Shown one piece after another: positions 1-11,808 of a stretch of DNA of 64,000 nt; the first letter of the stretch is position 1, and the number at the start of each line of letters is the position of its first letter. This DNA comes from Eledone cirrhosa. Taxonomy: Eukaryota. The stretch is from contig OZ024741.1 of assembly GCA_964016885.1 (NCBI GenBank), forward strand, positions 202,120,001 to 202,184,000, written 5' to 3'. A model generated the notes under the pieces. That model had not been told where the DNA came from. It made no database searches and saw only the letters and a list, made by a program, of their open reading frames with translations. Both the position numbers and the translations under genes were made by a program.

Positions 1-354
1 ATGGCGTCTTTTTAAATGTAAACAAACTCTTTTGATTGTGAGCTGTAGAACCGTTTCGTGTGATTTTATAATGAGATATTTACTTAGAAATAATTGATTT
101 TTATAAGACTCAATATGGGATGAAACGTTCGTAAATCAACGTATTTGGTAATTACTTTAATGAATAATTTGCTTCATGCACGATTGTTATTTTTAACACA
201 ATAGGATTTTGTACACATGCTTGTTTGAAAAATCTTTCAAGGAAGCATGAAACAGCCTTTTGTACTGTTTATCATAATAAATTACAGTATTTTGAGCTGT
301 TTTAACTTCTCCACCTACCTCCTTCCAATTTTTATATTGTTTTTGTAAAAAACG

Positions 355-415
<61 letters not shown>

Positions 416-495
416 GTGTAAACAACAAATTCGGTTTTAGAACTTGTAAAAACCCACCTACCAACCCACTATTAGATGCATTTGAGCAGGACCTT

Positions 496-1758
496 ATGAA
501 CTTAATCCTTAAAATTAAATTCAAAGGACGTAACACCAACAACAAATTACAGAAAGATATTAAAAAACTACTGGACGACCTTAAAAATACCAAAGGAATT
601 GTAGTAAAAGCGGACAAAACATCAAACCTGTATACTATCGACTGCACTACATACAACAACTTCATTCGAAAAGAATTACATAAAAAATATAGAAAAACGA
701 ATGAAGTAACTCTTAAGCACATCAATGATGAGGCATGCGAAATAGTGAAAAATCTCGGAATCGAAGATAGGACAGGACCACTCTTACCGGCGGTACCCAC
801 CTTCAATCTTAAGGACCATAAGGTAAACTTTGATAATGACCCTAAAATTAGATTAATCTGCCCCTCTAAATCAGATATAGGTAAAATAAGCAAATATATC
901 TTAGATAGAATCATCCCCCAAATTAAGGCTAAGGTTAACATTAAACTCTGGGGGAAGACCCAAGAAGCAATAAGATGGCTTAATAGCATTAGCAATAAGA
1001 ATAAATCTAAGTTTATCCAGTTTGATATCGACGAATATTACTCATCGATATCACCTGAAACTTTGAATAGAGCCATTAAGTTTGCTAAGGATAACTCTGA
1101 CCTTACAAACGATGAAATTAAGATTATATTAGAAGCTAGGAAAACTATAGTCAAATTTGAGAACAGTTATTGGGTACGTAAAGATAGACCCTCTAACTTT
1201 GACATAACAATGGGCTCTAACGATTCGGCGGAAATAACTGATATTGTGGGGTTATTTATCGCCTTTAGACTCCAGGAAAAATTCAGCAATCTCCACGGCG
1301 GAATATACCGCGACGATGTTCTCCTCCTAGTTAAAAACCTAAATAACCAAAAACTAGAAAAACTACGCAAAGATATAAGAAAACTACTACTCGAAATAGG
1401 ACTAACTATAACATATGAATACAACCTTAAAGTAGTTAACTTCCTGGATGTCACACTCAATTTAAACTCTGGTCTGATTAAACCGTTTCATAAATTGAAT
1501 GAAAATCTCAAATACGTAAATGTTGGGTCTAACCACCCCATCTCTATAATTAAATCTATCCCTAAAAATATTTCCCTTAGAATCTCGGGTCTATCTTCTA
1601 ACATACAAGTATTTAAGGAACACGCCGAGTACTACGATAACGCCCTTAGTAAAGCAGGCTACCTCAACAAAATAGAGTATATAGATGAGAACAATCAAAA
1701 CACCCAAAATAAATCCCACATGGACGAAAGGATACGTACACTTGAAAGAAAAATTTAA
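496..1758 (+). CDS. PLE reverse transcriptase, open ORF without GIY-YIG domain
   Basis: Motifs KADKT, LKDHK, RLICPSKSDIG, IQFDI, MGSNDSAE, GGIYRDD, NFLDVTL, SNHP. The frame stays open upstream to ~409 (NKFGFRT..PP..LL..FEQDL). Confidence 0.85.
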   Translation: MNLILKIKFKGRNTNNKLQKDIKKLLDDLKNTKGIVVKADKTSNLYTIDCTTYNNFIRKELHKKYRKTNEVTLKHINDEACEIVKNLGIEDRTGPLLPAVPTFNLKDHKVNFDNDPKIRLICPSKSDIGKISKYILDRIIPQIKAKVNIKLWGKTQEAIRWLNSISNKNKSKFIQFDIDEYYSSISPETLNRAIKFAKDNSDLTNDEIKIILEARKTIVKFENSYWVRKDRPSNFDITMGSNDSAEITDIVGLFIAFRLQEKFSNLHGGIYRDDVLLLVKNLNNQKLEKLRKDIRKLLLEIGLTITYEYNLKVVNFLDVTLNLNSGLIKPFHKLNENLKYVNVGSNHPISIIKSIPKNISLRISGLSSNIQVFKEHAEYYDNALSKAGYLNKIEYIDENNQNTQNKSHMDERIRTLERKI

Positions 1759-2014
1759 GTCTGAATGTTAATTAAGTGCAAACACAAAACCAACCACGCA
1801 TATCTATACTATCTCTAATCCTTCTATAGATTTAGAAAAATAACCAATAATATATTCTATAAAAATGTCAAAACAACAGATGGGAATCTAATTACTCACT
1901 GCCACCAAAAATTCTCACTGCTATCAAAAAAACCACTCCCTCAACTATTCTTCTAACAACTTCACCCCTCCCTCCTAATATTCTCTATAAAAACCAAACA
2001 GGTCCTCAGTAAAA

Positions 2015-2135
2015 TTATTCCGATGAAATGACAGTTGATAATAACATTGAAATATTGAATGTCTGCATAACTAATACTTTGTAGATAGCAGCTGTTTTCA
2101 GGTTATGTAACTGTTATAGAAACACGTGTCAATAA
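2015..2135 (+). ncRNA. Type I hammerhead ribozyme motif (CCGAUGA variant, long stem II insert)
   Basis: Stem I ttatt/aataa; CCGATGA 2020-2026; stem II atgacagtt/aactgttat; GAAA 2119-2122; palindromic stem III ACACGTGT; GUC site 2128-2130. Confidence 0.7.
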
Positions 2136-2169
2136 ATTCCTTTTAACTAAACAGTATCCATTCAAATCC

Positions 2170-2223
<54 letters not shown>

Positions 2224-2424
2224 TTAGTTATACTATTTATGGTTATGTAAACACAAAACCTTAAGCAGTTGTAAGTATTTTACACACACCCTAAATAGTG
2301 GTAGGCAGTAATGTATTACTACCTTATTACCAGTAAGTTAAGTAGCTCAATGTAAAAACATCAGATGATTTACAGAGCAGTTATATGAAATATAAGAATC
2401 AAAGAACTGTTCAAAACATTATTG

Positions 2425-2471
2425 TGCTTACAGCTGTTTCCTCCAAACCGAGGTTTGGATTCTTCGGAGCA
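2425..2471 (-). ncRNA. Type I hammerhead ribozyme motif
   Basis: Reverse complement of 3626-3672. Confidence 0.8.
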
Positions 2472-3625
2472 ATTTATTAATGCATGGACAGTTATATGAC
2501 CTCCTTTTCAGCCGAGAGACATACCAATACATATTCAAACATTGATACATATTCAAACATTGTGGGTCAACATTCATTACAGAATTTAGAGTGGCAGTAC
2601 ACACTTCGAGATTACATTTATATTAATAGGTACAATCAAAAATCAAAGATATAGGTTAAAGTACAACATGAAGATAAGTGGTTATATAGTGCAAATGTTA
2701 TATGTGTGGCACGCATGTGCGTCTTGTTTATATAGTGTGGCAGAGAGATATGTGTGGTAGAGGCACTTAGGTAGGTAAATAAGAGTGTTAGGTTGGTAGA
2801 TCTGGTGGCAAAGTCTTTATATGATTGATGTAGTCTGTGTGTGGAGAAATATTATAAGCATTAAAGATAGTGCAAGCATTAAAAGTGTTATAAGTATTGG
2901 AGATGCACAGCGCAGGGATGTCAAGTAATTCATGTACTTCGGCATTTTCATGGTCAAGGGAGTGTATATTTCGATTATATGCCTTTCACATAATCCACGA
3001 CAATCCAGTTAGAGATCGTAGTCTGGTGTTCTTTAGTTCGATACAGGAGGTTGTTACGTTTCGAGAAACGCCATTGAATACCGGAATACTGGATTGTCGT
3101 GGATTATGTGAAAGGCATATAATCGAAATATACACTCCCTTGACCATGAAAATGCCGAAGTACATGAATTACTTGACATCCCTGCGCTGTGCATCTCCAA
3201 TACTTATAACACTTTTAATGCTTGCACTATCTTTAATGCTTATAATATTTCTCCACACACAGACTACATCAATCATATAAAGACTTTGCCACCAGATCTA
3301 CCAACCTAACACTCTTATTTACCTACCTAAGTGCCTCTACCACACATATCTCTCTGCCACACTATATAAACAAGACGCACATGCGTGCCACACATATAAC
3401 ATTTGCACTATATAACCACTTATCTTCATGTTGTACTTTAACCTATATCTTTGATTTTTGATTGTACCTATTAATATAAATGTAATCTCGAAGTGTGTAC
3501 TGCCACTCTAAATTCTGTAATGAATGTTGACCCACAATGTTTGAATATGTATCAATGTTTGAATATGTATTGGTATGTCTCTCGGCTGAAAAGGAGGTCA
3601 TATAACTGTCCATGCATTAATAAAT

Positions 3626-3672
3626 TGCTCCGAAGAATCCAAACCTCGGTTTGGAGGAAACAGCTGTAAGCA
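3626..3672 (+). ncRNA. Type I hammerhead ribozyme motif
   Basis: tgct-CCGAAGA-a-tccaaacc-tc-ggtttgga-g-GAA-ACAGCTGT-A-agca: stems I and II pair, stem III is palindromic, GUA site. Confidence 0.8.
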
Positions 3673-3773
3673 CAATAATGTTTTGAACAGTTCTTTGATT
3701 CTTATATTTCATATATATATATATATATACAATGATATTAAATAAATGGAAACTATTTATAAAACCATATTTA

Positions 3774-3830
3774 TTCTATTATATATATTTCAAGGGTACC
3801 AAAACTTTGGTACGATCTCATCAGATAAAA
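3774..3830 (-). ncRNA. Type I hammerhead ribozyme motif in a ~190-bp non-coding unit (3728-3910)
   Basis: Minus strand ttttat-CTGATGA-gatc-gtaccaaa-gt-tttggtac-cctt-GAAATATATATA-atagaa; flanks homologous to 43390-43538. Confidence 0.8.
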
Positions 3831-3926
3831 TACAAAGTTTGTTTTATAAATATTGACATAACCAGGAAGAACTTAACGGTTCAAGTTTTTCCTGAATATC
3901 CCTTTTGCTTATATATAGATATATAG

Positions 3927-4218
3927 CCCACACTGTAAAGGGGTCATGTATGTATCACGACTAAAAGTACCCATCCCACACAATAAAGTGGCCAAGTAGG
4001 TGTCACGACTAAAAACACCCAGCCCACACTATAAAGTGGCCTAGTAGGTGTCACGACAAAAAGCACCCAGCCCACACTGTAAATGTGGTTGGCGTTAGGA
4101 AGGGATCCAGCCGTAGAAATCTAGTTAGAAACAAGTCCTATATGACCCAACCTGCCCTTAATGGGATAACCCCTCTAACTCATGCTAGCATGTAAAATGG
4201 AAGTTAAACAACGATGAC
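3927..4218 (+). mobile_element. RTE 3'-UTR-related repeat with ~45-bp internal tandem units
   Basis: cccacactgtaaa..gtcacgactaaaa units followed by ggttggcgttaggaagggatccagccgtagaa; homologous to 55325-55578. Confidence 0.7.
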
Positions 4219-4255
4219 TACACACACACACGTGCATGCATGTGTGTGTGTATAT

Positions 4256-4466
4256 ATTGTTATACTTTGAGAGGGTCATGCTGCCAATAAAAACACACGC
4301 AGCTGTTGATTTTCATACGCACCTGATGGTTGTTTATATATTGTCAAAGCTCTTTCGTCACCATCGAACCAACCAGCCGAACGGAAATTTGTAATAAATT
4401 GAAGTGAAAACCAACAGGTGTATGTGTGTTTTTATTGGCAGCATGACCCTACCAAAGTATAACAAT
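4256..4466. repeat. Foldback element with imperfect inverted repeats
   Basis: attgttatactttgagagggtcatgctgccaataaaaacac vs gtgtttttattggcagcatgaccctaccaaagtataacaat; related ends at ~49705-49776 and ~59432-59500. Confidence 0.7.
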
Positions 4467-4511
4467 ATCTGTTTCAACACACGTTTTCAGATAAGAAATC
4501 TTGCAAAACAA

Positions 4512-4727
4512 TATATTGAATATATACCAAATACATATTCCATAGAAGAATATGTACACAGGTGGAATCATGAGACCAATCAATATAATCGATCATTGAA
4601 AACGAACTATTGATCATGAGCTACACTCTCCGGGTATGAAATAATGCTATCAGGTCTCTCTTATGATTCCACCTATGTACATATTCTTGTATGGATAATG
4701 TATTTGGTATACAGTATATGCAATATA
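4512..4727. repeat. Foldback element with ~65-bp imperfect inverted repeats
   Basis: 4512-4577 pairs with 4653-4727 (gaatatgtacacaggtggaatcat / atgattccacctatgtacatattc). Confidence 0.65.
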
Positions 4728-5038
4728 CTGTGTTTCTTATACGATATATGGCTCTCTCTCTCTCTACACATAATCAGATAATACACACATGTTTGGAATA
4801 TTGTTAATCAATTTTTTAGTAATCTACTGATATAAAAATCAGTAGTATATTGAAAAAGTGAAAAAATAGGGAGGCGGGGGGGGGGCGTGATTTCGAGGGA
4901 CATAAGGGGGCGTTTGGCCTAAATGGGTTGAGAACCTGTGCTCTAGATAATGTCTATTGAGCTTGCTTGATGTTTTGATTCATACCAGTAATGCACTGGG
5001 TGTTTGCTGGCCTTGTGCCTAAAGTAGAAACAATTATT

Positions 5039-5084
<46 letters not shown>

Positions 5085-5132
5085 GAAACACAAAATTCTA
5101 ACATATTTTATGTTTTGATTCATTATTTGTAT

Positions 5133-5252
5133 TCTGAGTTCAAATCCCGCCGAGGTTGACTTTGCCTTTCATCCTTACGGGGTCGATAAAATAAAGTACC
5201 AGTAATGCACTGGGTTTTTGCTGGCCTTGTGCCTAAAGTAGAAACAATTATT
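5133..5252 (+). mobile_element. tRNA-derived SINE, 5'-truncated (Nin/Deu-like central domain)
   Basis: B box gagttcaaatcc followed by gcctttcatccttacggggtcgataaaataaagtaccag; other partial copies at 4983-5038, 6116-6220, 50348-50465, 58751-58867. Confidence 0.8.
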
Positions 5253-6339
5253 TGTACACACACACACATGTACAAAATATATGGTATAGTATTGCAGGGA
5301 CGCTGTAATGACATATGGCGTTTCTTAGATTTTTAAGCCTGACAGAACTCATCCCTCATCAAGCTTAGCTTGAGTAAGGCAGATTTATTCCAGAGAAAGT
5401 GAAAGATAAAGGGAGAGAGGGAGGGGGGAGTGAATTAGAGATATAGAGGGAGAATCGACTAACATTTGAATAATATTGAATAAACAAATGTAGCGAGAGA
5501 AAAAAACACACAAATACAGTTGAGAAATTGATACATTCACATTATATAATAAGTAATACTTACAATATATTTAGCGGGCTTACAAGTCTGTGAAGCTAGT
5601 GTCCCGAGGAAGCTCGAAGAAAGCAGACCAGTGAAAATTAGTGTTGTTATAAAACTACTTTCCATGTTGACTTCTAAGACACGTTTGGTCGAGTGTAGCC
5701 TTGATACTATGTGTGATATCTTTTGTCACATGAGTTTTAGGTCTATTTACAATAACAAGTGGCCTCTGTTTCAGAGTATAATATAACCAAAATCTCAAAA
5801 TAAATAAAGATTATTAAAAGAGAACATTTTTTTAAACCCGGATGTGTATTAAAACATCTTTTAGAAATGCCTGTATACTGCCTTATTTATAGGCGAGAAA
5901 TACAAATAAATTCCCAGATTACCTCAGTAATTACAAGCATACCGGATATACGTCAAGTGACAATTATAACCATATAATTGTCCAGTTATCGCTAACATCT
6001 AGAATGCGTGGTAAATTAACAAGAAATAAAGGTGGGAAAAGGGTTGGTTATTAATAAAAATGTGTACAATTTTAATAAGTATAAGAGATAATTGACATGT
6101 TTTGATATTATCACCCCGCCGAGGTTAACTTTGCCTTTCATCCATACGGGGTCGATAAAAATAAAGTACCAGTAATGCACTGTAGTAATTGCTGGCCTTG
6201 TGCCAAAAGTAGAAACAATTATGACCTCTTCCGAGTTCAAATCTGCCGAGGTTACCGTATTTCACGGCTTCCTAAAATAACTCAAAAATCTACCATGCGT
6301 CCTGGAGGCCGAAGGTTGTTTATTTTTTTTTTTTTCAAA

Positions 6340-6492
6340 GGGCGGTGAATTGGCAGTATCAGTAGAGGGTTGGACGCCATGCTTTGATGCATAGAGTTAC
6401 AGCCCTTGCCATTCTGAGTTCAAATCCCGCCTAGGTTAACTTTGCCTTTCATCCTTACGGGGTCGATAAAATAAAGTACCAGTAATGCACTG
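6340..6492 (+). mobile_element. tRNA-derived SINE with head
   Basis: A-box-like tggcagtatcagtag, B box gagttcaaatcc, same central domain. Confidence 0.8.
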
Positions 6493-6614
6493 AGGGCGGC
6501 GATATCCAATTTTAGCGGCCTAAATGCTGCTTACTTGCTGTAGTTGCTGCTTACTTCAATGTATGAGGCTATTCCAACAAATTTACATTCCCCTTTTTTT
6601 AGCCGTTAAAAGAA

Positions 6615-6915
6615 ATATAGATTTATTTATTGTTTTTTTATTTTTATAGATTTCTTTATTTGCCCCTTTTTGTTTGTTTGTTTGTTTTTTTTGTTTTTTT
6701 TTGCGATTTATTAGCCTTTTGGGGTCACACACACACCCGTAGAAAGTGTGCGACCTTTCTGCCAGGGAGCACAGAGAGAGGGGGGTGCTCCCTTCTTCTC
6801 TTACCTGTACAAGCCGATATAGAGAGATGGCCCACTTACACGGGCCATTATTGCTACTTTCACTCATCTTTCATGGAATTGGCTGGGACTGAGTGCCTTT
6901 TTCTCCACCTGCATC
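6615..6915 (-). mobile_element. 3' fragment of a diverged Tx1/L1-like LINE
   Basis: Minus strand reads MQVEKKALSPSQFHER*VKVAIMARVSGPSL, matching the ORF2 C-terminus IRVEREVLSSQHFVERWVREARMARVNGPTL at 26280-26386; AATAAA downstream. Confidence 0.7.
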
Positions 6916-6979
6916 AGATTAATACTTAAGAGAACGTAAAACACGTCAAGTTTGTTCACCCCGGACGCTGTGACGAACT

Positions 6980-7212
6980 TGTAGTGACCTACATTCCGAG
7001 CGCTCATGGCTACATTCTCCGTACATTGTTTGGCTCAGTTCAGCCAATCGCTACCAGCGTAGGAGAATGTATCTCGACTTCCGCCCAGAGGGGGGGGATT
7101 CCCGCGGCGATTCGAAACGCTCTCTCTCTTGCAGATCGACACCGTGAAGGTAAACATCTCTTACTTTCGTTCCTTCAAGCATAGACAATATGTAGCAACA
7201 AATATCACTACG
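6980..7212. mobile_element. Candidate solo LTR
   Basis: Inverted termini TGTAGTGA...TCACTACG; no TSD seen. Confidence 0.4.
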
Positions 7213-8390
7213 GGTCTGGCTAACGCCTCAGTCAGTTGACCGTACATTTAAACCTTTAAAACCTTTATATTGATAACATTAACTATACTCTCAAGTGACA
7301 TTCTTCTAACCTTTGTAATCTGTAAATAAATTATATATAAACAATTATGAAGTCGTAAGATGCTATTTTCCACAACATTGCTTTTAACATCTTCAATTGT
7401 GACTTCTGTGATACAATACACAAATACACACATTCTCAACACAAACATCTACTAAATAACCTAAATAACCTTCTTCTTAAAAACTCAATAGGAGAATTCA
7501 CATATAAAACAGATAAGGGCATTATTACCTTTTCCACTTACTTTTGAAGACATGAGGAAATGTTCAAAGAAGAATGCAGCGACTGGAAAGACGAGGAAAA
7601 AGAACACGACTTTTGTTGAGAAAGTTAACATCAGTCGAACATGAAAAATACTGCAACTACATACTACCGAAGAAACCAGGTGGAATCTGTTTTGAGGAAA
7701 CAGTAAATAACCTGTCAAAAATGTTTAGCGATAAAAGTTCTTTATTTAACATCCATTGGCAGTGTATGAATCTGGTGAAAAAATAGGACGAAGATTCTGT
7801 CACGTACTCTGGGATCGTTAACAAGGAATGCGAAAGATTTAAACTTATCGAACTAACCCCAGGCATGTTTAAATGCTTAATGTTCGTGCAAGTGTTAACT
7901 GCAAAGAAAGATGCAGGAATTCTGACAAAATTAGAGCAGAATTAGAACTTAACATTTCAAGAAATATTTGAGAAATATCAGAGAATTATAAATCTGAGAC
8001 ATGACACAGAAAGAATCGAAGAGAGAGACTGCCCTCATATACAGTCAGTGCCACCTAAAGTGAAAAACAAAAAACAAAAAATTAATCCATCTGTAGTGAT
8101 AGGGGTCACCATTATGTAGTGATAAAACAGACAAAACATAGAATAATTCAGTTACAGTAACCCCCATTATAGTGAGAAAGCTAAAGATCGAACGATCTAG
8201 GTGTATGTGAAATTAAGATAGGTATGACTAGGTGTGTTGTTGAAGAAAATGCAGAAAAAAATACATTAAAGTCATTTACAAACAGGCGAAATGAAAGAAA
8301 AAATGCAAAGCAAAACAAATTTACATGCAGGAAAATGTACTGTGATGTTACATAAAATTGAAAATGTTCATACAAAAAATTCGTTGATTA

Positions 8391-8464
8391 AAAGTTCATT
8401 CATTAAAAGTTCATTCATTAAGAGTTCATTCATTAAAAGTTCATTCATTAAAAGTTCATTCATT
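8391..8464. repeat. 15-bp tandem repeat x5 (aaagttcattcatta)
   Basis: Directly visible in the 3' non-coding part of the inner gypsy element. Confidence 0.9.
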
Positions 8465-8550
8465 TCATAGAAATGAAAAATGTTCTTTTATTTGTTGATG
8501 TGTATGTGAGTGATGCATAGAGTCAATTGGTTTATATGTGTAACAATTGT

Positions 8551-11500
8551 TCATAACCACAAAAATTGGTTGATTTGTCGAAGTGTACAATTTAACCAAA
8601 ATGTCGACCAGGTGAAGAATTTGTAGTTACCCGAAAACCTTGAACATATCGCGTGGGCCATCTGACTGTTCTTCCCGATTTGGTGTGCCGGGGTTCTGCA
8701 GAATTCGTAGTATTTGTGTCGGGTAAAGTTGTTGGTGAGTCCATTGGAGAAACGTTGGGAACTGGTGGCATATCCTGTTCCATGAATGCTTTTTTTTAAA
8801 CGATCAATAGCGACAGTATTTCGTTTTCCGTTTATATCGAGGACGAAATACATCGATTGTTTATGCATTACTTTGTAGGGTCCGGAATATGGTGGATGAA
8901 GTTGAGACGAGATACCGTCATTTCGGACGAAAACATGCGTCCAAGTATTGATGTCCTTTGGTACATGTGAAGTGACGTGCTGTTGTCTGGGGGCTGAAGG
9001 AGACAGATGCGACTTCGATGATCGTAAACGCTGCGCATATTTTGCTGGGTCTGGAAGTTCTTGTGGCGAAACAGAGGCGATCATTTGCCCAGGTAAAGCG
9101 AGTGCCGTGCCATACACCAGTTTAGCTGGAGCATGTCCGACTCCCTCCCTAACAGTGGAACGAATACCAAGAAGAATGAGTGGGAGGTATTCGAACAAGT
9201 TAGCGGAGTTTGAGTAAGCCTTGACAGCTGCTTTTAGTTGACGGTGAAAGCGTTCAACCATGCCGTTAGCTGCAGGGTGATATGCTATTGTACGAGTGTG
9301 TTTACATCCAAGGAAGTGATTCAGCTCGATGAAGAGGTGAGAATCGAACTGACGTCCTCTGTCTGTAGTGATGGTCGCAGGTATGCCGAAACGCGAAACC
9401 CAATGAAACACTAGCGTTTTGACGACAGTTTCCGCGGAAATATCCGTCAAGGGAAAAGCTTCTAGCCAGTGAAAAAATTGGTCGACACAGGTAAGAAGGT
9501 GAGTGCAGTTGTGAGAAGGAGGCAGCGGTCCAGCGATGTCTATGTGCACGTGTTGAAAACGTGCATCTGGTGTTGCAAAGGAACCGATGGGAGATTTAAT
9601 GTGCCGGTGAATTTTCCGGCGATACAGTTCCTAGCCCATTCACGGGTGTCCTTGTTGATGATGGGCCACACAAAGCGGGTAGCTATCAGTTTTTGTGTGG
9701 CGCGGACACCAGGATGTGCTAGAGAATGCAGTGCTTAAAAAACGTCACATCAATGTTTCCGGTGAAGATGTCACACCAAATATATCCTGAAGCAGAGTGT
9801 AGCGGGCATTCTTGCAATTTCAAAGATGAATTCCGGAGCTGTAGCAGTTCCTCGTCATCTTGTTGATCAGCTGCAATCTACTGGAGATCGATAGTGGCAG
9901 TGGTGTGGATTGCATTAAGCTCCATGCGCGACAGGGCATCAGCTGCTGAGTTGGCCGCACCTTTAATGTGCCGAATGTCGGTTGTGTACTGGGAAATAAA
10001 GTCTAGATGTCGGACTTCCCTAGGTGAGTGACGATCAGGTTTGGCGTTGAATGCATACACTAGTGGTTTGTGGTCGGTGTATATGGAGAAAACCCGAATT
10101 TTGAGCATGTGTCGAAAATGCTTGACAGCAAGTTATGTTGCCAATAATTCTCGACTGAATGTACTGTACTTAGTTTCGGCGGGTTTTAAATGCTTGAAGA
10201 AAAAAGATACAGGTTGCCAAATACCGTCAGTGAGTTGTTGAAGCACTTCTCCAACTCCGAAATCGGATGCATCAGCCAATACACACATTGCGGCTTCAGG
10301 TTTAAGGTAATTCAGCATGAAAGCCTTGGATAACACCTTCATCAATTCAGCGAAAGCGGTACGTTCTTTTTCGCTGAGATTGATGTTTGCGTTTTTGCTT
10401 GTATGCTGTCGCAGCAAATCTGTGAGCGGTTGGGCTGTCTCTGCACAGAGAGATATGAACCTTCGATAGAAGTTCACGAAGCCAAGAAATTCTTGTAGTT
10501 TGAGGAGAGATGTGGGTGGTGGAAAATCCACGATGGCTCTAACTCTCTCCTGAAGTGGACGAATGCCGTCTTTATCTATGATGTGTCCGAGAAAATGAAG
10601 GGACACAACTCCAAACTCACACTTGTTGAGGTTTATGACGTTGGAATAGCAGGTGCAGGAATCTTTCATGTTTTCATCGGAGCTGCTGGCCAATCATCGA
10701 TGCATGCATATATGAAAGGCAGACTTCTGGTAAGTGTATTGATGAAGCATTGGAATGTCTGCGCTGCGTTGCGTAAACCGAAAGGCATACGCAGGAATTC
10801 GAACATTCCAAAAGGTGTTGTGATAGCGTCTTCATTATATCTGCGGGTTCTACAGAAATTAGATTATAAGCTCGCACAAGATCGATTTTCGAAAATATGC
10901 GAGCTCCATGCAGCAAACTAGAGAAGTCCTGTAGATGAGGCTCTGGATATGAGTCAGGCATGGTGCAGTTGTTCAGTGCTCGGTAGTCACCACAGATTCG
11001 CCAGTCGTTCGACGACTTCTTGGGGATGCAGTGTATGGGTGAGTACCAGTTGCTGCTGGACGGGCGTATGATACCAAGGTCCAGCATATGTTGAAATTCC
11101 TGTTTGACGGACTTAAGACGGTCTGGTGGTAGCCTTCGAGGTCGGGCAGCGGCAGTGGGCCGTGAGTTTTGATGTGATGGGTGACGCCGTGTTTTACAGG
11201 GCAGGTATTAAATATTGGGCGAGCTACGTCTGGGTATTCTTTGAGTATACAGCTGTGCAAGTAGTTGTTGTTGACGATTGTAAAATAACTGGACTGACTG
11301 CGGCTGTCCAAGCGGCTATGCCGTGCATAGTGAGATCAGTCGTGCTGTCAACGAGTCGTTGATGTTTTAGATCCACTAGGAGAGAGAAGTGATGAAGAAA
11401 ATCGGCTTCTAAAATAAGGGTCGGCAGCTTAGCTACAACGAATACCCACTGGAAAGTGCAGCGTAGTCCTAAATTCAGTGTCAGGGACTGCTCCCCGTAT

Positions 11501-11739
11501 GTTGGAATTAGCTATTGCTTCACTGCTTGGAGCCAGACTGGTGTTTCTTTCCTGTTGCCAGGAGTGCAGGAAACCGGGATGATGCTGACTTCAGCACCGG
11601 TATCGACCAGAAAACGTGTGCCTGTTACACGATCGTGGATGAAAAACAGGCGACCTTGGTTGTTAGGACCAGAAACGTTTGTCGCATTTAAGTTCCTGGT
11701 TGTGCACCCGTTTTCCGAATGTACAGTGGTACCACACAT
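8551..11739 (-). pseudogene. gypsy pol (protease, RT, RNase H, integrase), frameshifted
   Basis: FLVDTGAEVS; WRICGDYRALN, FSKIDLVRAY; ADASD..YSTFSRELL, YTDHKPL; HIDIAGP, TDRGRQF, YHPAANGMVERFHR, GPY. Confidence 0.9.
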
Positions 11740-11808
11740 TGCTGTCGAATGACGGGATGCACTCGGACTTCTGGAGCGACCACCGAATCAACAAGTTCGA
11801 CTACTAGA

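Larger units (their letters stand above)
409..2172 (+). mobile_element. Penelope-like element (Naiad-type), 5'-truncated and lacking the endonuclease, between two (TA)n tracts
   Basis: RT ORF followed by a 3' region with an HHR; (TA)n at 359-408 and 2173-2220. Confidence 0.8.
2382..3715. repeat. 628-bp inverted repeat (2382-3009 / 3088-3715, 78-bp spacer), PLE-type inverted 3' end
   Basis: Arms are reverse complements with no mismatch seen by eye; each carries an HHR near its outer end. Confidence 0.9.

Noticed and set aside
315-995. Antisense ORFs over TE coding regions (also 1167, 11945, 27513, 54205, 54646)
   Set aside because: Shadow frames of real RT, gag or EN ORFs.
2897-3280. 127-aa ORF across the palindrome centre
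   Set aside because: Spans the inversion junction; no recognisable domain.
5489-5997. Possible solo LTR (tgtagcga...tcgctaaca)
   Set aside because: No TSD or second copy; too weak to call.
6340-6432. tRNA gene
   Set aside because: A and B boxes belong to a multi-copy SINE head; no cloverleaf.
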